A DNA stretch of 63,065 bases, filler included, from Octopus bimaculoides (Eukaryota), in the NCBI RefSeq assembly GCF_001194135.2. It is 5 parts of 4 records of this genome, joined end to end, with 100 filler letters (N's around TTAATTAATTAA, not from the genome) between each part and the next. Parts side by side here need not be neighbours in the genome. Positions count along the whole stretch, not along the records: positions 1 to 27,105 come from NC_068996.1; 4 more parts are not named here. One strand, 5' to 3'. Positions 11,254-23,099 of this stretch are shown one piece after another (positions within the stretch are counted from its first letter, which is position 1; each line of letters opens with the position of its first letter). The translations under genes and the position numbers were made by a program. A model generated the notes under the pieces. It saw only the letters and a program-made list of their open reading frames with translations. It was not told the DNA's origin and searched no databases.

Positions 11254-13289
11254 NNNNNNNNNNNNNNNNNNNNNNNNNNNNNNNNNNNNNNNNNNNNNNN
11301 NNNNNNNNNNNNNNNNNNNNNNNNNNNNNNNNNNNNNNNNNNNNNNNNNNNNNNNNNNNNNNNNNNNNNNNNNNNNNNNNNNNNNNNNNNNNNNNNNNNN
11401 NNNNNNNNNNNNNNNNNNNNNNNNNNNNNNNNNNNNNNNNNNNNNNNNNNNNNNNNNNNNNNNNNNNNNNNNNNNNNNNNNNNNNNNNNNNNNNNNNNNN
11501 NNNNNNNNNNNNNNNNNNNNNNNNNNNNNNNNNNNNNNNNNNNNNNNNNNNNNNNNNNNNNNNNNNNNNNNNNNNNNNNNNNNNNNNNNNNNNNNNNNNN
11601 NNNNNNNNNNNNNNNNNNNNNNNNNNNNNNNNNNNNNNNNNNNNNNNNNNNNNNNNNNNNNNNNNNNNNNNNNNNNNNNNNNNNNNNNNNNNNNNNNNNN
11701 NNNNNNNNNNNNNNNNNNNNNNNNNNNNNNNNNNNNNNNNNNNNNNNNNNNNNNNNNNNNNNNNNNNNNNNNNNNNNNNNNNNNNNNNNNNNNNNNNNNN
11801 NNNNNNNNNNNNNNNNNNNNNNNNNNNNNNNNNNNNNNNNNNNNNNNNNNNNNNNNNNNNNNNNNNNNNNNNNNNNNNNNNNNNNNNNNNNNNNNNNNNN
11901 NNNNNNNNNNNNNNNNNNNNNNNNNNNNNNNNNNNNNNNNNNNNNNNNNNNNNNNNNNNNNNNNNNNNNNNNNNNNNNNNNNNNNNNNNNNNNNNNNNNN
12001 NNNNNNNNNNNNNNNNNNNNNNNNNNNNNNNNNNNNNNNNNNNNNNNNNNNNNNNNNNNNNNNNNNNNNNNNNNNNNNNNNNNNNNNNNNNNNNNNNNNN
12101 NNNNNNNNNNNNNNNNNNNNNNGGACTTATTTAACTGGAACTATCCAAACAATAGTAATCAATTTACATGAATAGAAGCTTTTTTTTTTCACAATTTTTT
12201 TTCCTGAAAATCACTTGTTACTTTTGTTTTAAAGTGAGAGGAGAAAGTGAAAGATGTATGAATATATATATGAAATTGACGTGTTGGTGCATGTATGTGT
12301 GTGTGTGTGTGTATGTGTGTGTGTGTCTGAGAGAGAGAGAGGGGGGGAGAGAGAATGTGTCACTTTCACATACATGAGAACTCACACGATCACTCACTAA
12401 TACACATTCTCTCTCTCTTTTTCTCTCTCACACGCAGATGCACACATACATACAAGAAAGATGTACGCATATGTATTGATGTATGTACGTATAAAGGACA
12501 ACGCAACCTTCACTCACTCTTTCTTTCTTTTTTCTCTTCTTCTCTCCCTCTCCCTCTCTCTCTCTATCACACACACACACACACATACGTCCATTTCATA
12601 TACACGTACATACATCTTTCACTTTCTCCTCTTTCTGAGATATTTAAGTTACACACAAACATCCCCTACAGTTTTAGTATTATCAAGATTTGTTTATTTG
12701 AATTAGAATCTTTACCTCGGAAAGGAGATAGTAATATTGATAAGAAGTGCATCTCTTAGACTTTTGACTGCTACATCACAATTCGAAGGCAAAAGAGACA
12801 AGCCAAAATATCCAACACATAGAGAGAGCCAGCATGAAATAAATTATTGACAGTTATGAATCAATGATGTTTTTTTAACAACTGTAATATATTCTCGTGA
12901 TCATTTGCTGCCTACTGCAAAGCGTATGTTAATGTATTTAGGAGTGATATTCTTCCAAAACCTACAGGACTAATAAATAAATAAACACTTTAAAATCTTT
13001 AACAAAAGAAGCTGAAATAGAAAACCTTTGTGTCTACATTATAAATGTAAAGACATTGTGTTCTTGAGCAGTACACTCCATTTAACATTGCCCCAGTTAA
13101 ATGAGCGCATACCGATGCTTGGCGCAGCCCCTTCTCTCTCCCTTTCCCCCTCCACTTTCTGTCTCTCACAAGCTGTCAAATCCTGGATCACAGCGACGAG
13201 GGAGTGTCACTCCACTGACTACTATGTATATATTTAATAGAATTAGCGATAGTGTGTGACAAGCTACCAAATTATACACATAATTATTC

Positions 13290-14200
13290 TGAACCTGTTG
13301 GTAAAAAGAAAAAAAAGCAACAGATGTGAAGTCATCATCACTGCGATATTGGTTCTCAGTCAAGTAGTTTTTCATGTTGGGAAACAGATAATAGTCAGAT
13401 GGGGGCCTAACCAGGAAAGTAAGGAGACTGATCAACCAGTTCAAAGCGAGACACGCACCACAACTATTGAAATCAAAGACGTGCGTACTGGAGCATTGTC
13501 CTGATGAAACAAGACCCCTTTCATTTAGTCTTTCTGGGAGTTAAGTCTTGATAGCCTTTTAGTAACTTCCACAAAACAAAGTCATAGTACAATTCATTGA
13601 TGGTGTGGCACTTTGTCTGCAGATGAAACAATCTCGTCCTTCTTTGGAGCAGATATAGAGGATTGTTTCCATTGAATGGATTGTCTCTGTATATGTGATG
13701 AAGCCAACACTAATCTTGGGTTAGAAAAGATTCAAAGAAACTACCTGGATGTGCCTGAAATAATGTCAGATTTTCTGATGATATGATCAGTCTGGTGCAC
13801 TTTCGATAAGGTGCCAGAAGATATGGCACCCGCGGAGCGGAATCTTCGTCATGCCAAGTTTCTTGTGCAAAATATTCTCAACACTTTCAAGATATATGCT
13901 ATTAGCATGGCTATTTGATTTATAGTCAATTGCCCCTCATCCATCAGAATGTGGTTTATACCATTAATGCTTTTATTGTGGTGGTAGTTGCAGGACGTTC
14001 AAAACTTGGGTCATCGTCCACTTTTGCAATGTTGATAATGCTGGTGCGTCATGTAGCAACCATGTTAGCATGAATGTCCTTAAAGTCTAAACTAATTTTC
14101 AGCGGGTACTTGATAATACCACGATGCCAAATTTTCTCCATTATCGAGAGAGGTTACTACTACGTATTCTTGAAGTGCTCTTTAATGAGTCAGATGTCAG
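13290..14200 (-). mobile_element. Decayed mariner transposase
   Basis: ATG at 14141 (MEKIWHRGIIKY...). Also ILHKKLGMTK, WIHH...QSIQWKQ, GVLFHQDNAPV and PSDYYLFPNMKNYL...YRSDDD, with stops and frameshifts. Confidence 0.85.
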
Positions 14201-14232
14201 TTTACCTGGTCAGAAACAACACAATTATTGAA

Positions 14233-14460
14233 GGCGGGGAGCTGCCAGAAACGTTAGCACGCCGGGCGAAATGCTTAGCGATATTTCATCTGCCGCAACG
14301 TTCTGAGTTCAAATTCCGCCGAGGTCGACTTTATCTTTCATCTTTTCAGGGTCGATTAAATAAGTACCAGTTACGCCCTGAGGTTGATATAATCGACTTA
14401 ATCCGTGTCTGTCCTTGTTTGTCCCCTCTGTGTTTAGCCCCTTGTGGGTAGTAAAGGAAT
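14233..14460 (+). mobile_element. SINE family C, full length
   Basis: ggcggggagctgccagaaacgttagcacgccgggcgaaatgcttagc...tttgtcccctctgtgtttagccccttgtgggtagtaaa. Confidence 0.9.
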
Positions 14461-14618
14461 AAGAAATAATACAATAATAAATAAGAAGGGTTGAAATTAC
14501 TGCTGCAAAATTTCACAGCCCTAGCATCACTCCTTCATAGCCAGCCTGTGAACTTTTCAGCGCACATTTGTTTATGTGTGTGTATATGCTTGTGTGTGTG
14601 TTCATGTAAGCAATAAGC

Positions 14619-14675
<57 letters not shown>

Positions 14676-14761
14676 ACGTATAAATATAAACATTATATTC
14701 ATACAAAAACACAAACGTATACAAAAATACATACATTCATATTCATCAAAGTACAAACACA

Positions 14762-14935
14762 GTCGCAGGAGTGGCTGTGTGGTAAGAAGCTTGTTTCTCA
14801 ACTACATGATTCCAGGTTCAGTACCACTGCGTGACACCTTGGGAGAGTGTCTTCTACTATACCCTCGGGTCGGACAAAACTTTGTGAGTGGATTTGGTAG
14901 AAAGAAATTGAAAGACACCGTCGTATATATATATA
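14762..14935 (+). mobile_element. SINE family B 5' half ending in (TA)n at a gap
   Basis: gcaggagtggctgtgtggtaagaagc...ggatttggtagaaagaaattgaaagacaccgtcgtatatat. Confidence 0.85.
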
Positions 14936-15914
14936 TATATATANNNNNNNNNNNNNNNNNNNNNNNNNNNNNNNNNNNNNNNNNNNNNNNNNNNNNNNNN
15001 NNNNNNNNNNNNNNNNNNNNNNNNNNNNNNNNNNNNNNNNNNNNNNNNNNNNNNNNNNNNNNNNNNNNNNNNNNNNNNNNNNNNNNNNNNNNNNNNNNNN
15101 NNNNNNNNNNNNNNNNNNNNNNNNNNNNNNNNNNNNNNNNNNNNNNNNNNNNNNNNNNNNNNNNNNNNNNNNNNNNNNNNNNNNNNNNNNNNNNNNNNNN
15201 NNNNNNNNNNNNNNNNNNNNNNNNNNNNNNNNNNNNNNNNNNNNNNNNNNNNNNNNNNNNNNNNNNNNNNNNNNNNNNNNNNNNNNNNNNNNNNNNNNNN
15301 NNNNNNNNNNNNNNNNNNNNNNNNNNNNNNNNNNNNNNNNNNNNNNNNNNNNNNNNNNNNNNNNNNNNNNNNNNNNNNNNNNNNNNNNNNNNNNNNNNNN
15401 NNNNNNNNNNNNNNNNNNNNNNNNNNNNNNNNNNNNNNNNNNNNNNNNNNNNNNNNNNNNNNNNNNNNNNNNNNNNNNNNNNNNNNNNNNNNNNNNNNNN
15501 NNNNNNNNNNNNNNNNNNNNNNNNNNNNNNNNNNNNNNNNNNNNNNNNNNNNNNNNNNNNNNNNNNNNNNNNNNNNNNNNNNNNNNNNNNNNNNNNNNNN
15601 NNNNNNNNNNNNNNNNNNNNNNNNNNNNNNNNNNNNNNNNNNNNNNNNNNNNNNNNNNNNNNNNNNNNNNNNNNNNNNNNNNNNNNNNNNNNNNNNNNNN
15701 NNNNNNNNNNNNNNNNNNNNNNNNNNNNNNNNNNNNNNNNNNNNNNNNNNNNNNNNNNNNNNNNNNNNNNNNNNNNNNNNNNNNNNNNNNNNNNNNNNNN
15801 NNNNNNNNNNNNNNNNNNNNNNNNNNNNNNNNNNNNNNNNNNNNNNNNNNNNNNNNNNNNNNNNNNNNNNNNNNNNNNNNNNNNNNNNNNNNNNNNNNNN
15901 NNNNNNNNNNNNNN

Positions 15915-16305
15915 TATATATATATATATAACGATTCATATAGATACATTATTATATGCACATATATATATATGTATATATTTGCATACATGCATACATA
16001 CATACATACATACATACATGCACACATACATGCATACATACATGCATGAATACATACATACATATATACATACAGGCAAATAGACAGACAGACAGACATG
16101 CATGCATAAATTCGTACATACATGCATACATACATAGATACAGGCATGCATACATACATATATGCATGCATGTATGCATACATGCATACATGCATACATA
16201 CAGACAGACATGCATACGTACATACATACATGCATACATACATTCATGCATACATACACATATACACACATGCATACATATATACATACACACGTACGTA
16301 CATAT
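15915..16305. repeat. Imperfect (CATA)n/(CATG)n tetranucleotide array
   Basis: Direct reading. Confidence 0.9.
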
Positions 16306-16399
16306 ATGAAATTCTTAGTAGGTTTGGTGATGCTGACAGGAATAATAAATTTCAAAATATTAGTATATGTATATTTTTACTAATATTTAGGGTTAAAAA

Positions 16400-16620
16400 A
16401 GCGGTGATTTGGCAGAATCGTTAGCTCGCCGGGCAAAATGCTTAGCGGCATTTCGTCCGTCTTTACTTCTGAGTTCGAATTTTGCTGCGATCGACTATGC
16501 TTTTCATCCGTTCGGTGTCGATAAAATAAGTACCAGCCGAACACTGGGGTCGACGTAATCGACTTACCCACTCCCCCGGACTTACTAACCGTGTACCAAA
16601 ATTTGAAACCAATATTTAGG
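16400..16620 (+). mobile_element. SINE family C variant
   Basis: ttggcagaatcgttagctcgccgggcaaaatgcttagcggcatttcg...accaaaatttgaaaccaatatt. Confidence 0.85.
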
Positions 16621-16918
16621 GAAAGAAACAGAGTGACTGACGGTCCGTGAGTTTCGTGCGTTAGCACTTATCTAACAAGTTACAGGTCTAAGAGGTGTGG
16701 ATTTATGTTGTTGGTGAATAATATATTTTCCTCTGGATTACTCTAGATCGAATTTTGAAATCATAACAATATCACGAATTTTGAAATCTTAACAAAATCA
16801 TAACAATGTGTATTCATAATTTTCAGATAGTCTGCCCGTTATGTCGTTCAATATGTAAATACGTGAATAAATAAAGGAATAAAGAAATAGAGAGAAAGAA
16901 AGAAAGCTAGTGCATATC

Positions 16919-16967
<49 letters not shown>

Positions 16968-17121
16968 NNNNNNNNNNNNNNNNNNNNNNNNNNNNNNNNN
17001 NNNNNNNNNNNNNNNNNNNNNNNNNNNNNNNNNNNNNNNNNNNNNNNNNNNNNNNNNNNNNNNNNNNNNNNNNNNNNNNNNNNNNNNNNNNNNNNNNNNN
17101 NNNNNNNNNNNNNNNNNNNNN

Positions 17122-17183
<62 letters not shown>

Positions 17184-17613
17184 TATATACATGAGAAACA
17201 AAAGCATGTAGATTTACATATACATATATATAGATTACACACACGCACGTGCGCACATCTATATACATACATGCATAATGCATACATACATACATACATA
17301 CATATATACATACATACATACATACATACATGCATGCATACATACATACTTATACATATACATGCACACACATACGCATGCATACATGCTTCTACATATA
17401 CTTAAACCGTTAATCCCTAAACATTTTTTCTCTCTCGGTTTTTGTTGTTGTTGTTGTTTTTTTGGTTTTCCCTCTAATTTATCCCTCTTATTCCTTTCTG
17501 TCGAAGAGCGTAGGCGCGAAACGTCAAAGATTTTTTTCGTGCATCAAAGTAATACGTTTGCTTGTTGTCCTCTCACCTGCCTTCGTCTTCTCTTCTCTTG
17601 TAAATTTAAACTA

Positions 17614-17825
17614 CAGGGTGCCCACAAAGTCTGGGTACATGGGGATTAACACATACTTTAAGAAATTATTATTTCTTACATTTAATTGTTTATGTTATGA
17701 TCTTATTTACTCCATGTACCCACATGGGGATTAACACATACTTTAAGAAATTATTACTTCTGATATTTAATTGTTTATGTTATGATTGTATTTACTACAT
17801 GTACCCAAACTTTGTGGACACCCTG
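17614..17825. mobile_element. Tc1/mariner-type MITE with 28-bp TIRs, TA TSD and internal 85-bp tandem duplication
   Basis: TA|cagggtgcccacaaagtctgggtacatg ... catgtacccaaactttgtggacaccctg|TA; TIRs match at 26/28. Confidence 0.9.
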
Positions 17826-18399
17826 TATATACACAGTAAGTTAAACGGGTGTGCTGGGAGAGACTAAATGGAAGTATAAAATAAATATGAATCTGTCCTA
17901 AATTTCTTTCCTATCTCCTTGGTAGATGTATATACGCACATATACATATACATATTCATATACATACACACATAGATATACGCACTCACACACACGCATG
18001 CACAAGTGTACATATACGTGTATATATACACATACTCTCACACAAGTGTGTGTGTGTGTATGGACAGATGCTTGTGGAGACACATGTATCTGTTAAGGAT
18101 AGGATATGATATGTTATGGGTGTAGAGGAGTGGGGGTAAAAGAATAGAGTAATCAGGTTTGTATACTCTCTTGTATGCATTTACATGCACATACGTATAC
18201 GTATACATACGTAGACAATCATAAATACATACATATACGCGCATTTATCCGGAAGAATTAATGGAAGCCAGATTGACATTCCAAATTGGCTGTTATAATA
18301 CGGACAAATTTTGTAACCGAGAATGAAATTACCGAGTTGGCAAAATATACAGGTTCATTGGTTGCTTAAACATTATGTAAAAATAGTACACAAACTGCC

Positions 18400-19480
18400 A
18401 GAGAATTCTTCCAGGATCATTGTCAGTCTAACAACATAGTGAATGATGATCAGGCAATGGAAAGAAGGGAGTGTAGAGATGTGCCAGACAAATTTTAATA
18501 TAGAAAGTAATACTTTCTAAAGTAGGAAAACATTTTTAGAAATCTTGCGACACTATAATTTCATTATGAGAAAGCATTCGACTCAATTCCCCATAGCTGA
18601 AGCCTCTGCACAAATGTATCTGCTTTTGTAGGTGCTGCCATTGAAAGGCTCATGAAGACTTTGGCAAAACTACTCATACTTATAACTGAGCACAGAAAAA
18701 CTGTTTCCAACATTATATATATTCAAAAGGAATAATCCAAAGAAGTAGTCTTTCTGTAATTCTGTTCATTTTGCTACTAAATCTATTATCATTTCCGCTA
18801 CAAAAGTGAAATGGCTGCTTGCTAGAGTCTGCAATTGCGAGTGATAACAACGTAACTGATAATTTCTTTGTGAATGATTTGAAGATTTATGTTTAAAATG
18901 ATGGTGATACCAAAAAAAAAAAAAAAAAAAGCTGGAATTAACATTTTCATGTAGCCTAGAAATGGAATTGGCCAAAGAAATACTTGTAATTGATTGTTGA
19001 ACGAAGAGAATCAGTGTCCCAGAACCAGAACTTGTGTGGATCAACGGTCTAACTACCTCTAACTACCACCCTTGTACCCCACAAAAATATTCTATAGAAA
19101 TCTAGGCATTGATGAAAATATCATACGCAGGTGCTGTGAATAAAGTTGGAGCAACCCGAAAATATAATATACCAGATTTAGAAAAATATAACAGTTGGAA
19201 TTCTCCTCTTACAAGACAACACTCAATTATGCATTTGCAGTTACAGCGTTGATACTAGCATTTAGCATACTTGACTGGTCTGAAGAGAAGATCCACAGCA
19301 TAGACATTATAACCCGCAAGATCATGACATCACCTGGTATCTTCCAGAGAAACAGTAATATCGACAGACTCTGCCAAAAAAGTATTGGAGAGAAAGGCTT
19401 AAGAGCAATGACGACAACCTCTGTAATAAACTTAGATCGAAAACGAAGAGAACAGTAACCTACGTTTTGACAGTGCACTT
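18400..19480 (+). mobile_element. Heavily decayed R4/Dong-like LINE RT region
   Basis: YKTTLNYAFAVTALILAFSILDWSEEKIHSIDIITRKI parallels 24529-24810 (YNKTISHNAFAVSVLTPTFGILDWSEEEIHSIDIKTCKI). Confidence 0.75.
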
Positions 19481-19519
19481 TTCTGACTAGCTTTCATGCA
19501 ACCCCAAACAGCTGGACTA

Positions 19520-19740
19520 ATATATACTCTTTTACTCTTTTACTCTTTTACTTCTTTCAGTCATTTGACTGTGACCATACTGGAGCACCGCCCTTAGTCG
19601 GGCAAATCGACCCCAGGACTTATTCTTTGTAAGCCCAGTACTTATTCTATCGGTCTCTTTTGCCGAACCGCTAAGTTACGGGGACGTAAACACACCAGCA
19701 TCGATTGTCAAGCGACGTTGGGGGGACAAACACAGACACA

Positions 19741-19795
<55 letters not shown>

Positions 19796-19935
19796 GTATG
19801 GGCTTCTTTCAGTTTCCGTCTACGAAATCCCCTCACAAGGCTTTGGTCGGCCCGAGGCTATAGTAGAAGACACTTGTTCAAGGTGCCACGCAGTAGGACT
19901 GAACCAGGAATCATGTGGTTGGTAAGCAAGCTACT
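19520..19935 (-). mobile_element. SINE family B, full length with internal (CA)n
   Basis: (tactctt)n tail at the left end; reverse complement of both B halves. Confidence 0.9.
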
Positions 19936-22029
19936 TTATTTCGCCATTAAATTCGCCATTAACGGCGATACATAGAGGGGACAAACAAAGACAGACAGAC
20001 ATAAAATAGCTGCGGGCTGGACATGCACATTAATGAGATGAGGGTGATATGGGCTAAACAAATAATGAGAGACGCACCAGCGCCCTTCGACTGACAACCC
20101 CTCGAAAACATTGTTCTTGTTTTTTCCTTTAAAAAACACTTATAAGGTTGCAAACCTCTTACATATCTATATTACAATTTTTTCACAATTTCAATAAATT
20201 AAAAATTCACAATTTTTATCACTCCAGATATGCTGCCCCTGACAAACAAGTATCTATTGTTAAGCCTGAACTTGCGGTGAGGTAGAAGAAATCTTTTTGG
20301 TTACATTTTTCTATGACTTTTGTCATCATGTTGTCATTTATAACCTCTGCATCCGCCTGAGGAGGCCATGTGGAACTATTCGCACACTCCGAGTAGTTCA
20401 TATCTTGGCCGCACTCTCGGTCCAAGAACTCATTTACAGTCCCTCCCTCATGGTACAGGATAACTTAAAAATCAGGATCCTCACCGGGAAGGACGTCATA
20501 CCACGCTGTCATCGGCACAATTCTCGCTGACAGAGTCTTCCTCTCCGGTGGCACACTTCCTACCGGAGCGGCCTTGGGTTCGCTCGGCGGCGCAGTGACT
20601 TCCGTCGACCGTCTCCTATTTCTNNNNNNNNNNNNNNNNNNNNNNNNNNNNNNNNNNNNNNNNNNNNNNNNNNNNNNNNNNNNNNNNNNNNNNNNNNNNN
20701 NNNNNNNNNNNNNNNNNNNNNNNNNNNNNNNNNNNNNNNNNNNNNNNNNNNNNNNNNNNNNNNNNNNNNNNNNNNNNNNNNNNNNNNNNNNNNNNNNNNN
20801 NNNNNNNNNNNNNNNNNNNNNNNNNNNNNNNNNNNNNNNNNNNNNNNNNNNNNNNNNNNNNNNNNNNNNNNNNNNNNNNNNNNNNNNNNNNNNNNNNNNN
20901 NNNNNNNNNNNNNNNNNNNNNNNNNNNNNNNNNNNNNNNNNNNNNNNNNNNNNNNNNNNNNNNNNNNNNNNNNNNNNNNNNNNNNNNNNNNNNNNNNNNN
21001 NNNNNNNNNNNNNNNNNNNNNNNNNNNNNNNNNNNNNNNNNNNNNNNNNNNNNNNNNNNNNNNNNNNNNNNNNNNNNNNNNNNNNNNNNNNNNNNNNNNN
21101 NNNNNNNNNNNNNNNNNNNNNNNNNNNNNNNNNNNNNNNNNNNNNNNNNNNNNNNNNNNNNNNNNNNNNNNNNNNNNNNNNNNNNNNNNNNNNNNNNNNN
21201 NNNNNNNNNNNNNNNNNNNNNNNNNNNNNNNNNNNNNNNNNNNNNNNNNNNNNNNNNNNNNNNNNNNNNNNNNNNNNNNNNNNNNNNNNNNNNNNNNNNN
21301 NNNNNNNNNNNNNNNNNNNNNNNNNNNNNNNNNNNNNNNNNNNNNNNNNNNNNNNNNNNNNNNNNNNNNNNNNNNNNNNNNNNNNNNNNNNNNNNNNNNN
21401 NNNNNNNNNNNNNNNNNNNNNNNNNNNNNNNNNNNNNNNNNNNNNNNNNNNNNNNNNNNNNNNNNNNNNNNNNNNNNNNNNNNNNNNNNNNNNNNNNNNN
21501 NNNNNNNNNNNNNNNNNNNNNNNNNNNNNNNNNNNNNAAAAAGGATAGTTCAGAAATAAAAGAAAGTCACAGGCACAGAATTCTGTTTCTTTGGTGAGGT
21601 TCCCCAAAAATGTACTCCAACATTTTCGGCTGGACGGCAAACACAGAAAAACTTCACTGCTATGGTGAAGCGAACACGCCCGCCACAGATAGACAATACA
21701 CAATTTTGTTCGTATAACGAACACACAAAAAATTCGCCGGATGCAAGCGAAGATGCCACACAGCTGGACAACAATCTACTGAAAAAATGAAGATAAGCAA
21801 TAAATTATTGCCCAGCTGAGCAACAAAACCGACTTACCCCGGCGAATTCTTCAAATTGATATTTTTGGACAGAGCCAAAACTCATGTCCACTTTGGTCGA
21901 CGGCAAGCAGCAAGACTGACGCACATGCGCAATGGGCAAGGTTATCAAGCTACTTACCACACAGCCACTCCTACGCCTATATCTAAAAAAAAGAACCGAG
22001 TGTGAAACGCTCAAAATAACAAAAAGGAA

Positions 22030-22865
22030 AAACTGTGCGTGGGTATGTATCATGAAGACTTGAAGAAGAGAGTAATATTGTTAAGGTGTAGTGCACCTCT
22101 TGGACTTGTGACCACTACACCACAATTCGAAGGACATTCGTTTGTAATCCAAGAACAGGAGATTGCTAAAAAAAACAATAGTAAGCAAAAGAGAGTGAAG
22201 AGTCATTGGTGCCAAACGTGCAACCGAAAATGTCGATTAATCCACATTTCTGTGGAAGAAATCACACGTGATTAGTGACTGCTCAAAATAATCAAAAACG
22301 TCATTTCTACGCGAAACGACATTGTCACCAAAGCAATATACAGTGCCTCTTGTAAAAAGGCTGTCCTGGAATAAATATAGAGAATTCTGCTGTGATTGAG
22401 TACCTAAGCATACATCAGCACAAAAAATATAGTTGAGACATTCCATTAAAGATTTTATCAAGCCGGATATTGTTTTTTCGGACAAAAGCAGAAAAGCATG
22501 TATCGTCATGGAAATCAACTGCCCTGCTGATGTAAATATCTCTTTGAAAATGAACGAGAAAGAGGATAACTACAGACAGCTGCTTCGAAATCTTTAGTCA
22601 CTAAAGATATTATAAATTCATAATTAAATCAACAATAATTGGTGCGCTTAGTTTTCTAAATGCCAAAGTGACATTCTAGATAAGTTAGGGTTTTCAGAAA
22701 AAGAAATCAACCATCTCATATGACCATTTCAAATATAATTTGTAAGAGGAACAGTAAAAATAGGTAAGAATTTTCTCAAGTTCAAAATATGAATTCGTTT
22801 CTTTATCTACATTCCAACGAAGGGGCTTTTTCTCTTTGTTAAAAATCAGCTCCTTCTGCAAAAGA
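22030..22865 (+). mobile_element. R4/Dong-like LINE 3' fragment (zinc knuckle, RLE remnant and 3' UTR)
   Basis: HFEGHSFVIQEQEIAKK...CRKCRLIHISVEEITR parallels 25200-25420. The PDI/VIMEI/CPADVNI remnant is at 22440-22550. Confidence 0.7.
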
Positions 22866-23099
22866 ACACTCACACACACACACACAATTACAGATAGACA
22901 TGCAAACATACATACATAGCTTCACACATACACATGCATACATACGTACGTACATACATACATACATACATACGAGACATATATACTTGCATACGTAAGT
23001 CCGTTTTGAACGTTTAAAATGTCTGTTTTGAACGCCTTCATCTAGAAATATACTGACTTTTCCAACCTAAATCGGCAACTGGTTTATTTCTTGAATAAT

